A DNA stretch of 33,842 nucleotides, taken from Octopus bimaculoides. Taxonomy: Eukaryota. Position numbers and translations under genes: made by a program. The notes below the pieces were generated by a model that searched no databases, was not told where the DNA came from, and saw only the letters and a program-made list of their open reading frames with translations. Shown here piece after piece: positions 22,394 through 33,842 of the stretch (position 1 is its first letter; each line of letters opens with the position of its first letter). The stretch lies in NCBI RefSeq assembly GCF_001194135.2, contig NC_068981.1, positions 169,493,900 to 169,527,741 on the forward strand. The letters are read 5' to 3'.

Positions 22394-23122
22394 GTATACA
22401 TGTGTATAGATATGTTACATATATGTATGCGTGTGTAACTGTATCTGTTTGTACGTATATATATATATATAAAAACGTGTCTATATATATATATTTACGA
22501 ACACACACATGCGCGCACACACACGTACACACACAGACACACACAACCACGTACACACACATTTCAGTCGCGCATGCACACATTCTCGCATTGAAATATA
22601 CGTACTCACCCACCAATATACATATACACATATGCTTTTACATTTGCATACGTGTTTTATGGATATGTTATATATATATATATATATATNNNNNNNNNNN
22701 NNNNNNNNNNNNNNNNNNNNNNNNNNNNNNNNNNNNNNNNNNNNNNNNNNNNNNNNNNNNNNNNNNNNNNNNNNNNNNNNNNTACACATTTTGTGTGTCC
22801 GTGTGTGTGTAAGTGTGTTTGTGACGCACGTGTTGAGTGGTTGCAGTAAAATAAAATATCCCAGATAGAAAATATAAACTCACCTGTTGCTTGATCATTA
22901 TGATTCAACAAGGGTTTTGTTTCTCTTATAACATACTGGCCCACTATAGTTAATCAAGAAATGCTTTCGTAAGAATTCATCCAACAAATAAGAGAAGAAT
23001 TATACGTCGGTAGTTTGCACAATGTATACAATCTCCTACTCTGAATATTATTGTTAGAACGATATGACTGGTTTCAAATATGCAGGTACCTTGCCCTATT
23101 TCTACAAACATAGGAAGAGGTT

Positions 23123-23400
23123 ATGAATCTTAGCGTAGAGGATATAACTTCCATATTTGTTAAGTTCCAGAGGCTTATATTTTATCGGTCACAGCATTTG
23201 AATAAATATTGCAAATAATTTTTCCTGGCGATCTAATGATCTGCCAATCTCCATGTTCAATTGTTAGAATACATAACAATTCATTCTGGTAATTATATTC
23301 AGCAATGTATTTTCAGTAGCATGGATACTCCATTGTTTCTTGCTAATGCGAAAAATAAAATGTCTTTAATATTTCGTGTTAGATATGTGTGGTTGAAAGG
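23123..23400 (+). mobile_element. Highly decayed Penelope-like reverse transcriptase core fragment
   Basis: One frame with stops gives LSVEDITSIFVK (~SFDVTSLFTKVP), then QLLEY...GNYIQQCIFSSMDTPLFLAN (~LLE..G..YQQ..G.AMGSPLSP.LAN) 53 codons from D to Q, then FRVRYVW (~WFRYVDD). Motif order and spacing fit, but identity is low. Confidence 0.5.
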
Positions 23401-24578
23401 GATTTCCGATTCTCCAAATGGTATTATCAAAATAAAAAGGACCCTCTACGCATTTGCTCAACTCACTAGAAATTGTAACCAAGTCTCCCGAATGTAGCAC
23501 TCTTCCGTTGTCTTGTCTAATCCAACCAATTTTAAGAGATCAAAAAGCTGGAAAGTTAAATTTAAACGACATCGATAATAAGCGTGGTCGCTCACTACTG
23601 GTCTGTGGTTAAACAGAAATAAATTACAAGACAGGCAACATAAAAATGAAATTCATATGAATATAGAAAGTAAGTCACGGACAGATTTAATTGGGAACTT
23701 GCATCTAACGTACGGAGATCATCTGCTAGATGAGACGGTCGAGGCTATAGTCTTTTAATCTTAGGCGGAAAGAGAGTTGGTGAGGTTTATGAAATATTAT
23801 ACCTGCGTGCACTACTGATAAAGTAGTAATAATATAATGGTTTGATTCAGTCAACTATAACACTTTAATACAAAGATGATGTCTTGTGAAAAATTAGTAT
23901 TTATAAGCATAAAACTGGTATCATCTAACATCTTGACATTTATGTTCTAAAACAATGTAAGCACTTTTTGTTCCACTGTTATTTTCTACATAACATCGTA
24001 TCTAATTTCGAACGAATATTAGTATGCATAAGGGGGTATGTTGAAATATTTTTATTTTCTGTCTTGCTGTGTAAGCATGAAGTGTGAGTTATGTTTTGTG
24101 GGATTATAAAAACAGGAGATATGACTTTCATAACTTTGGCACAGACGATAGCGTCATAACTAAAATTAAATAGCTGCAAAGGATAATTGAAACTTCACTG
24201 AAAGAGCCTCACCCCACGTAGATAGAATCTGACTCTACTATGCATGTCATTTTTCAATTATATTTTATTATATTTTCCAGTACTCACAGTATGGAAAATG
24301 ATGATAAAATCTAGTTGGCAGGTTTGAACTCAGAGCTATAAATGTTATATGTATGAATTACACGAATTGCCAAATGCTTTGAAATCTAATACTTAAGTGC
24401 CAGTTTTGCTGAGCTAAAAACACCTATATGATCGACAATCGTTGCATTCTAATTCTCATATCGTATCCTGTGAAGCGAAATATAAAAATAGAAAGAAAAT
24501 CCGGAAAAGCAAACAACATACACCTAAAGACTAAAAAGGTATCGTGACGTAGTTTATAACATTATCTCATTGACATAC

Positions 24579-24750
24579 CGGTTTCAAATTATGGCACTAG
24601 GCCATCTATTTTTGAGCAGGGGCAAAAGGCCAGCTATTTTGGAGCAGAGGCAGAAAGCCAGCTATTTCGGGGAAGAAGTACAAGGCCAGATATTTAGCGA
24701 GATTTGAACTCAGAATATAATGTGCCTGAACAAATACCGGAAGGCATATT
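24579..24750 (-). mobile_element. SINE family 1 derivative with a 4x 28-bp internal tandem expansion
   Basis: ggtttcaaattatggcactaggcc start; 28-bp units begin at 24593, 24621, 24649 and 24677; then gatttgaactcagaa...aaatacc. Confidence 0.8.
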
Positions 24751-24869
24751 TTACAAAGCTGTCGCTGCTGCTGTTGCTGCAGCTGTACAACTATTACTAC
24801 TAGTATTCCTGACTTATACCAGCAGATTGAGTTATTCAATTGCATCAATTCCAATACTACAATGCTGTG

Positions 24870-25100
24870 TTATTGCATCGAACACTGTGGGATGAAAGGT
24901 AACTTCGCAACGGGGCTAATTTGAATTCTGAATCTAATGAGTCGGAAAAAATACGCTAAGCATTTTGTCCTACGCTCTGATGGTTGTGACAGTTCGCCAG
25001 CAATTTTGAGGGGAAAGGGAATAAGCGACACTATCAATCTTTATACTTGATTGATACTTTATCGATTGCTGATGGATGAAGAGCAAAGTTGACCTCACTG
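24870..25100 (-). mobile_element. Two decayed SINE family 1 fragments
   Basis: ggatgaaaggtaa...aatttgaattctgaa...aaatacgctaagcattttg...cagttcgcc, followed by gcaattttgaggggg...tttatcgat...gatgaagagcaaagttgacctc. Confidence 0.65.
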
Positions 25101-25306
25101 GGACAAATAAGGAAGGCAATTTTTCTGATGCTTTGAAATTTTAACAAGCTCATGGTCTTGAATATTAATTATTATATTTCCAAGGCCAATAAGTTTGAGG
25201 TGAAGTGTTATTCGATTTTATCGATCTCAATGCTCCACTTGTACGTATTTTGCCGACTCCGAAAACAAACGTTAATCATTTTCCAGATCGCTACAATAAT
25301 AATAAT

Positions 25307-25521
25307 GGTTTCCAATTATGGCACAAAGGCCAGCAATTTCGGGATAGGGATTTAGCCTATTACATAGACCTTCGTACTCAAGTCATGCTTATATTATCGA
25401 CTGCAACAGATCGAAAGACAAAACAGACATCAGCCGAATTTGATCTCAGATCATGAGGCCGGGAAAAATACGGCTAAGCACTGTGTTGGGTGTACTAATG
25501 ATTATGTTACATTCGAGCCTT
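25307..25521 (-). mobile_element. tRNA-derived SINE (family 1), full length, decayed
   Basis: (AAT)4 then ggtttccaattatggcacaaaggccagcaatttcggg...ttatcgac...gaatttgatctcaga...aaatacggctaagca...gcctt. Confidence 0.8.
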
Positions 25522-27002
25522 TTGTTTGGTGGTGGGCAGTTGAAGTCTATAGAAGTATAGTAATGTACTAATTTGGTACCGTCTACAATTCTTTTATAAT
25601 TTGAAGGCTTTCCTCAAGTTTTCCATCGTAATTTGAGGTAGACCATATGATGTACGTAAAAATAGTTGCTTTATATGTACTTTTAGTGTGTTACAGATCG
25701 GATTTTTAATGTGACAACAAGGTAGGTTACGCGCATTCTTATTTCGATAAAGTAAATTTTAAGAATAAATGTGTTCTTAAGTTATAAATGCTCCTAATTT
25801 TATAGACTCATTTACATACATGTATTTGAATTATATTCCCGTTCTATTAGGCCTTCAGAATATATTGGGACTAACTAGCACCATCTCCCATGAACATATC
25901 TTTTGTCTTGTCTTAATATAAATTTTTTTTGTTAAATTGTTTCATCTAGACTAAATTTTAATATTGTTAATTCAACATAAATATTTATAAATTTATTTAA
26001 TTTAAAGTTCTTTTGTCATAATACAAAACATTGCAAGCAGTTCTCTTTGAATATACATAGAGAAAAAATTTAGCCCTTACTGTATGATTAGCATTATTGT
26101 TTTTATATTTTCTGAATGTTCTCCTAATCTACTTTCATTCTAATTCCTGTGTAGTAGAATTCTGTAATTTAATATAATCTCTTAGACGTCTGGAGTCTCA
26201 GCAACTTAGCATAATCACGTTTCACATCACGCTTTTAAAATGACACAACTTTTAGCTTAAGTAAATTTTTCAACTCATAATTTCATTTATGCTATTTACC
26301 ATCACAAGTTACTTATTTTCCTGAGTCTCAAATTCTATCTTCAGAATTAACGCTTATGTTAGTATATTCTTTATATTTTGTAGCATTTGCTACTTCACTT
26401 CCCGTTGAATCTAAGGTAGTTCTCTCTTTGTAGCTTTCTCATTAACCCTGCACATACATGCTTATTTCTTCAGATAAGGAAATTAATAGACCTATTTGAG
26501 AATAAAACTATCCTTTAATTATAAATATATGCGCGTGTGTGCTTGTGTGTCTGTGTATATATATGAAATATATATATGTGTGCATACTCACGCACTTGTA
26601 TACATAGGGCGATATATAGGGCGTATATATAGGGCGATTAGTATTAGCATAAGCAAGCTCTTTTCAGTTTAGCATTTCCTTATCCATATATTCCATCTAC
26701 AATCACTTCACCACATCAGTTTTCCATGTACACGCTGCATTGATTCAATTACTACTTCCCAGTAACGTTTTAGAGCTACGGCTCAAGTTTTCCAGCTTAG
26801 CTCATCTGAAAACAGCTACCAATCTCGGGAGTTGAACTAGATATGACCGGAAAATCAAGCTTTATAAACGTTTTATAGCGCCATTATTTACTAATATCAG
26901 ATTCGTAAAACATATATATATATATACATACCGATAAATAAAGAGAAGTACATGCATTATATACGCAAATACTCACACACATACACGCACATAAACGCAT
27001 TC

Positions 27003-27630
27003 CATGACCTCAGAACCACATTTGCCGAGAGACACAATCCACCCCACTTATAGATGATGGGATTGAACGTGCCAAGAAAATAGACATAACAACACTCCTC
27101 ATCTAAAAATACTACCATGCGTATCGACATACAATCATAGAAACAATGACCATTATTCAAAATCTACCAATGCTCACTGGGGATTCAAAGATGAGCTACA
27201 TTCTACAAAAGCACAAATTTATCAAGTGTAAAGAAACAAGTACATCCCTAAAAAGAATACTGACAAATGCGAAGCTGTACCTAACAACAACAAAACCAAT
27301 AGTTAAATAATGCAGCCGTCCATATTGGAGAACATGCCTCAAGCTACTGGAAGGTTTGGAATTCCACTTCAAACAAGGACAGACATTCACAATTAAGACC
27401 AATTTCATTTGTGCATTCGAAAAATTTATTAATGTGATAAGTAGTCCAGGTTGTGGACTCAAATATATAGGCTAACCAAGGAGGTCCCTTAGACGGAGAA
27501 CTACACTGCATAAAGAACAGGTCCGTTTCCCAAGGTGGAGATGAATAGCATAAAGCGAACTCATAGAGAGATATGCAGGGTGTCACCAGCGAAACTTCAC
27601 GGTTTGCAATTCCACATTTTTGTCGATAGT
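27003..27630 (+). mobile_element. Penelope-like element fossil: RT C-terminal linker + GIY-YIG endonuclease
   Basis: Reads IDDGIERAKKID; KILPCVSTYNHRN; SLKRILTNAK...PIVK*CSRPYWRTC...FICAFEKFINVISSPGCGLKYIG*PRRSLRRRTTLHKEQVR...SELIE. This matches the PLE pattern 'C..C..C...C.S.N.IY.I.C..C...YIGQT...LR.R...H'. Several in-frame stops. Confidence 0.85.
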
Positions 27631-27874
27631 AAACTGTATCGAACATGAAATAGTTGTTCAGTAGGATGAATTTGAGAGTTGCGATTATGAATCTGTGGTT
27701 GATACGTCCTGAGATCTCTTGTGGGTATTTTTCTAGCTAGGTGATCGCCGACGAAGGCTTAACTAGTCAGTGTCAACAACAGTTTTTTTGGGACTGATAA
27801 ATTTGTACTCTACAAAAGTATAGACTAAACTGAGTAGGATAATTTTTAAAACTATGCCTGAATATAAAAGCAAA

Positions 27875-27930
<56 letters not shown>

Positions 27931-28185
27931 GTAGCGTTCAATTGATTTGAACTTACATTTCTAAATTATTACCATGGTCTAATTCTGTGGGGAAAGAATG
28001 GCTATAAGAGGAATTCAGGTGATCAGATATGGAGATAATACTGCAAGTAAGTAGATAAACTGCTTGGGCTAGTTCTAGAAATATTCGTACATATATACAC
28101 ATAAATAGAGAAAAAAAAAGACTGAAAATTTTCAGATAATGAATATATTCATGCATAAATATATAGATATTTATATTATATATAT

Positions 28186-28323
28186 CCTTTTCTACTCTAA
28201 GCACAAGTGCCGAAACGTTTGGGGAGGCGGTGGGGGGCTAATCGATTAGATCGACCCAGTACGCAACTGGTACTTAATCCGAAAAGATGAAAGGATGAAA
28301 GACAAAGTCGACCTCGGTGGAGA
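28186..28323 (-). mobile_element. SINE family 1, 3' half
   Basis: ccttttctact..gcacaag...aatcgattagatcgacccagtacgcaactggtactta...ggatgaaagacaaagtcgacctcggtgga. Confidence 0.85.
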
Positions 28324-28547
28324 TATTTTTTATATATTGACAGAAGAAAAGGTAAAAAATGAAAGGGATAAGATATGATGTTCCAGGTTGAACAGCTGTT
28401 TCTGTGGGCTCGGAATTATGTCATAAAGTTGATTGATGTATTTCGCAACCTGTTGTGGAAACATAGACGTTAGGTAGATCCAATCCTCGTCTTCAGCGTG
28501 GAGAAATATGTATTTAACTCAAGCGATTTTATTTCTTTATATGCACC

Positions 28548-28591
28548 ATTACCTCTCTCTCATTCTCTCTCTCTCATTCTCTCTCTCTCTC

Positions 28592-28671
<80 letters not shown>

Positions 28672-28695
28672 TACAGACACGCGCGCGCGTGCACA
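28548..28695. repeat. (CT)n(CA)n microsatellite
   Basis: Direct reading. Similar dinucleotide tracts lie at ~50-200, 6560-6800, 9740-9820, 11113-11170, 22060-22690, 27876-27930, 30400-30500, 31110-31260 and 31750-32030. Confidence 0.95.
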
Positions 28696-29590
28696 CACTA
28701 AACGTTTTCGTTCCACTAAATGTTGCAAGATTTTCATGCACACCAGCCAATAGGAAAAAAGATTTAAGAAGTGGTACAGAACCCGAAAGTTTGTGGCTGA
28801 ATATGATTTTAACTTTCCGCTATAATTTTTTAAGATGCATCACCTGCATTACTTAACGGATTAAAATATCTAATGAGGTAAATTTGGTTTCCATTTTATT
28901 TATTTTTATAAATATAATGCATTTGCATTTGAAAATAAATATTGATGTCCACGAAAATCTTAAATTATATTTTGCTCATCGTTGTTATTGATTTTAATTC
29001 TGTGCCCGTAACAAACAAGATATTAAGATTTTACGACTGCAATTGCATAAAATTGCAGATTAATTTTGCCTTGATTTGAAAATTATTTTAAAATCACGAA
29101 CTAATCTTCCACTTTCTATATCTGGGTCATATCGTGTCTTTTGTACGCTAGTAGTAAGCTTATTGCCAAGTAACCTTGACAATAAGAAATATGTAGTAAA
29201 TTAAATATTTCTTTTAGCCTTTGTTACCTTCCTGCTCACTTAAGTATTGGTGTTGCACATATTGTTTTTTTCCTTGATAGACGTTGTTATACTTTTTATG
29301 TTCTTTTACTGTTGCTGGTTAGCACTCGAGTTTCCCAGACTCACCAAACAGGATTTCTTGAGACCGTGTGTTCAGAAACAACTCACTTGTATTTCTATCG
29401 GCATAGGCGACGTGAATGTTTCTCGTTGGTTCATATTTCCATGTTTCGCCCTTATTATTTTTATTTGTATGTATATGAGAGTATTCCTTAAGTAAATCAT
29501 TTCTAAAGAAGCACATTTTACTTGATTAATAACAATCTAGCGAAAATTCCACGGTTTAAGTCAGTATTTAAAAAAAAACATTATGTTAAT

Positions 29591-29652
29591 AAGGCGGTGC
29601 TCCAGCATGGCCGCAGTCAAATGACTGAAACAAGTAAAAGAGTAAAAGAGTA
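29591..29652 (+). mobile_element. 3' end of an octopus-type SINE/LINE with (GAGTAAAA)n tail
   Basis: aaggcggtgctccagcatggccgcagtcaaatgactgaaacaagtaaaagagtaaaagagta. The short tandem tail is visible in the sequence; the family assignment is from recall. A decayed relative lies at ~30138-30230. Confidence 0.6.
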
Positions 29653-31106
29653 ATAGATTAAACTGAAGTAAGGATTTTTTAAAAACTTCTTTTGAAATCT
29701 TGCTGTTTACTCAAAATCATACTTTTAAATATAATTGAAATGAACTTAGAGGGTATTGCTTATTTCATATGTTTGCTTGATATGGTGATTTATAGCTTAA
29801 GGAAATAATGATAAATTCAAAAGAAAAAAAGCTTATTCACCCCCCCCCCCCCCCCCCCACACACACACACTGTCTCTTATACAAACTACACATGCTGTCC
29901 GACATCCACCAAGGCTCTGTCTAAGTTTTACCAATTGAGATAATTTTCATTTCTTTACATTTCAGTAAACCAACCTGCTTACTTCTGTGACAATATACTC
30001 CTGTACCTGCGTATATATCTATATACCTGTAGCCTCAACTATGCACATATCTATCCACCTATCTATCTGTCTGTCTGATTAACTATCATATCTAGTTGCC
30101 CTTCTGTTGATGTATGTACGTACACTCTCATAATACAGATAAGTACTGAAACCTAATAACAAAAGATAAAGAAAAATAATAATGGTGATGATCCAGCATA
30201 GCCATAACACTTTGGGCCGGAACATGCAAATGATAAATGAATTATATAAACAGCTGTTTGCTAAAGTTATTTCCCTTTAATTTTACTCCATATCGATTAA
30301 CGTATGATTTTAGTGATCTTCATGACATTGATTCTTTATATTAAACATAAGCATTATGCTTCCGATTTGAACACATAAATGCAGAATATTATAGACGTCC
30401 CTCTCTCTCTCTCTTTCTTTCTCTCTCTCTCTTTCTTTCTCTCTCTCTCTTTCTTTCTCTCTCTCTCTCTCTATCGATCTATTTATCTATATCTCTCTCT
30501 CAGTCCATGTCTGTCCCTCCCTCAGTCTCTGTCTGTCTCTTAGTCGCTCACTCTCTCAGCCTCTCTTTTGTGCTTACTCTTTCTATTTTTCCCTGACTCC
30601 GCTATTTCCGTTTCTCTATTTGTCTCTTTCTTCTCCATTAGTCTATATGTCTGTCTCCATTCGAGTTATTACGTCCCTTGGCGTAACATATAGACAAAAC
30701 TGAGATATGGCAGTAAGAACGAGAAAAATGTAATATTTTGCACATGTTGGTATTTCTATAAGAAGCAAAATCATTCTCCCATTTCCTTTCACATCTGTGT
30801 TATCTGGTTGTATTTCAACTAATCTAAAAAAATGCCAAATGTTTTTGACTTATAATTTTCTATTGATTTCGAAATATTTTCATAAAATATCAAATTTTTT
30901 TGTGTGCTTAAATCACGAGGAAATCATTCCACTATTATTATAATTATTTTTCAATTTTTTTAAAGCCCAAAATATAGAAAACATTGTTCTCTCATTCGTT
31001 TCGGATAACTGTTAGATCTGGTATTTCTATATTACTCCATTTTTATTTTCGTGTGCATATTTTCCACGCTGAGCCAATTCAAAATTACACACAAATACAA
31101 GCACAC

Positions 31107-31160
<54 letters not shown>

Positions 31161-31180
31161 GAATTTTAGAATATTATATA

Positions 31181-31229
<49 letters not shown>

Positions 31230-31366
31230 GTATGTGTGCATGTGTGTGTATGTATTTATATAAATATATAATAATACTAACAATAACAACAACAACAGGA
31301 ATAATAGTAGTAGTAGTAGTAGTAGTAGAAGTAGTAGCAGTAAATAATAATAATAAGAATAATAAT

Positions 31367-31573
31367 GGTATCAAATTTTGCCACAAGGGCAGCCATTTTG
31401 GGCGATGGGTTGAGTCGATTACCAGTGTTCAACTAGTAGTTGTTTTATCGACCCCGAAAGGATGACAAGTAAATTCAACCTCCACGAAATTTGAACTTAG
31501 AACTATAGCAACGGGAGAATTACTGGTAAGCATTTTGACCGATGCGCTAACGATTCTGCCAGCTCACCGACTT
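31367..31573 (-). mobile_element. tRNA-derived SINE (family 1), full length
   Basis: Minus-strand head aagtcggtgagcTGGCAGAATCGttagc...aGTTCAAATTTC; body ttttatcgaccccgaaaggatg; (AAT)n on both sides. Confidence 0.9.
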
Positions 31574-31814
31574 AACAATAATAATATTAATAATACACTA
31601 TGACTATCGATAAATATAATGTGAATTAGTAATTTTATTTTTTGCAAGGCTAATTATATAAAATTTGCTGAAGCATATCTATATTTTTCCGTATGTATGG
31701 ATGAATTTTTCCGTATGTAAATACACGTATATATGTATATACATGTGCATATACGTGTGTGTGTGTGTGTATATGTATATATATACGTGAGACGTGTGTG
31801 TGCGTGTGTGTGTA

Positions 31815-31851
<37 letters not shown>

Positions 31852-31924
31852 GCGCGTGCGGTGTGTATCTTTGTATGCATAAGAAAGTGCAAGATTGACG
31901 AATCAATGGTTGGTACTTCCTCAC

Positions 31925-31969
<45 letters not shown>

Positions 31970-33842
31970 TCTCTCTGTGTTTGTCTGTCTTTCTGCCTGT
32001 CTGACTATCTGTGTGTCTGTCTGTCTGACTGAGCGTTTAATCTGTATATGAACTAAAACATACCTACCTATGTATATATTGTTGGTTTCGTTCTATGAAT
32101 ATGCATACGTATGATTGGCGAACGTATACTAAAGTTTGCTTATTGTGTTACGTATGTGCTTGTGTAAATGGCGACCTTATCAAATATGGAATCTCTCTTG
32201 GTATGTCACTATGACTATAATTACTTCTAACTTTTCTCTTGAGCCCCATTTAACCTGATGTTAACATCCCATTATTCATGTTCTGCTTGTTATCTTTGAC
32301 GGTTCAAACCCTCCTTTTATTCGATATTTCTTCTGTTTCTTCTGTATCTTTGATTCGTTATGTTTCTATATACGGTGATTTATCGAGATTCAATTCCCTG
32401 TCAGAAACACCCGATCCAGATAGATCACTCATACATACCTGACAAGCTAAAATAACTACTCCCTCTCCAGTATTATAAACTGTCACCTATTTGATTAAAA
32501 ACAGCTTAACTGAATTGATCTAATGGAATTTGATAATTTTCAACACTAGCTGCTCGAAGCTACATCCCGAATGCTAATTGAAAATGTTTATTCCATATCA
32601 TGCTTATCAATATTTCATAATATTAGAGTTATTTGGAATAATTGGTTGTTGCGTTTTGCTGATGATTGTGTAAATGTGGAATGATATTAGCTATATATTG
32701 CGGCCTTGTGCTTAGTCGCTGCATTCACGTCACAATGAAAATTTGATTTTTGAACACATTTTATTTACATATGAATATATTTATTCCTTCTGTCTATTTG
32801 ATGCTTTTAACATTCTGTTAAGAGAGAGAAAAGAGGAGGGTGCAAACTCAATTGAAAATGAAGAAACATTACAGATATTTAAACGAATCGTAGATATCAT
32901 GAAACCTGTCATAAACTAGGAAGTTACTGTCTTCAAGTGAAAGGAAACAAGTTAGGATAAAGTTAATACATCCCTGCACGATCATGATTCGTGGCAACAG
33001 CAGCTAAAATAATGGTAGCAGAATAAACGACTGAAATTCAGATTTAGAGAGCTAAAGATTCAGCGCTGAATGTCGTTTGACTAGAGATTAGAATAAACTG
33101 GTTTGGGAAACGAGTAAACGTGGATAAATATGAACGTTTAGATGACAGAGTTGACTTGCTGACGGGCCATTTGATCAAAATGTGAATAGAACTTGCATGA
33201 AACCAAGAGAAAACGAAAGAAAGATAATAAAATCATAACAATGGTTTCAAGACATCAAACGTAGAGAAGAGAGAAAAGACAATTTCAGTGAATTGTCAGA
33301 ATGAGATTCCTCAAATCAAGCCTGTTCATTCGCATATTACATTGCATTCGCGTGCACACCGGCATTTCTATAGCTACAAGACAACAGAGAATTGTGGGAC
33401 AATAACAATAAAGAAGATAATTCTGATGTATATGATCTTAAAATCAGTTTTCTAATTCCCATACTGTATATTGCTCAATTATTGCAGCAGCTGCTGTTGT
33501 AACAGCTGTCGCTGCGGCCTTCAGTTAACCAACTGCTTTATTCGAAATTAAGATGATGGAAAAGGAAAGAAACAATACACACGTAAATATTGCTCTATTA
33601 TATAAGATCGTTCGTAAATATATGTATATTTTAAATTATATATCAAAGGCGGTTGGCTTGTGTAATTCTCTGCACGATACACAACATGAAAATAGAATAA
33701 TCCTCTGAGAAATAGTCCTCTCAGTGGACGCAAAAACATAATCGCTAACGAATATATTGGGAGCAAGTCTTTCTGAAATCAATTTCTTTCTCTCTCTCTC
33801 CCCCTCTCTCGCTATTATATCTATATATATATATATATATAT

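Noticed and set aside
28000-28052. Possible first coding exon MAIRGIQVIRYGDNTA + GTAAGT
   Set aside because: Short, unrecognised peptide with no promoter or downstream exon support; expected by chance.
32160-32440. Protein-like minus-strand frame MSDLSGSGVSDRELNLDKSP...
   Set aside because: Interrupted by three stops and has no recognisable family motif.

Overview
Non-coding, repeat-saturated animal DNA. It is very AT-rich, with dense (TA)n/(CA)n/(GA)n and (AAT/AAC/ACT/ATG)n microsatellites and seven N gaps that mostly abut dinucleotide tracts. The repeat repertoire points to an octopus (coleoid cephalopod) intron or intergenic region; this is an inference from recalled repeat families, not a database result. 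No host protein-coding gene, tRNA, rRNA or CRISPR array is supportable, and nearly all ORF-track entries are microsatellite or gap artefacts. Supported content: (1) a nest at about 13.97-17.5 kb of four decayed R4/Dong-type RLE non-LTR retrotransposon fragments plus two copies of a ~0.5 kb unclassified element, stacked on (AAT/AAC)n tracts; (2) about 12 copies of one tRNA-derived SINE, almost all on the minus strand, plus CORE-like SINEs; (3) two copies of a 161-176 bp TGTT...AACA element with 5-bp target duplications (solo-LTR-like), one inside a SINE; (4) a Tc1/mariner transposase 5' fragment and a 235-bp TIR-bounded mariner deletion derivative; (5) a ~250-bp near-perfect palindrome; (6) Penelope-like RT and GIY-YIG fossils. 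Three isolated exon-like segments are candidates only. I found no evidence of a novel multi-gene system. The most unusual signals are the microsatellite-anchored retroposon stack and the miniature LTR-like family.
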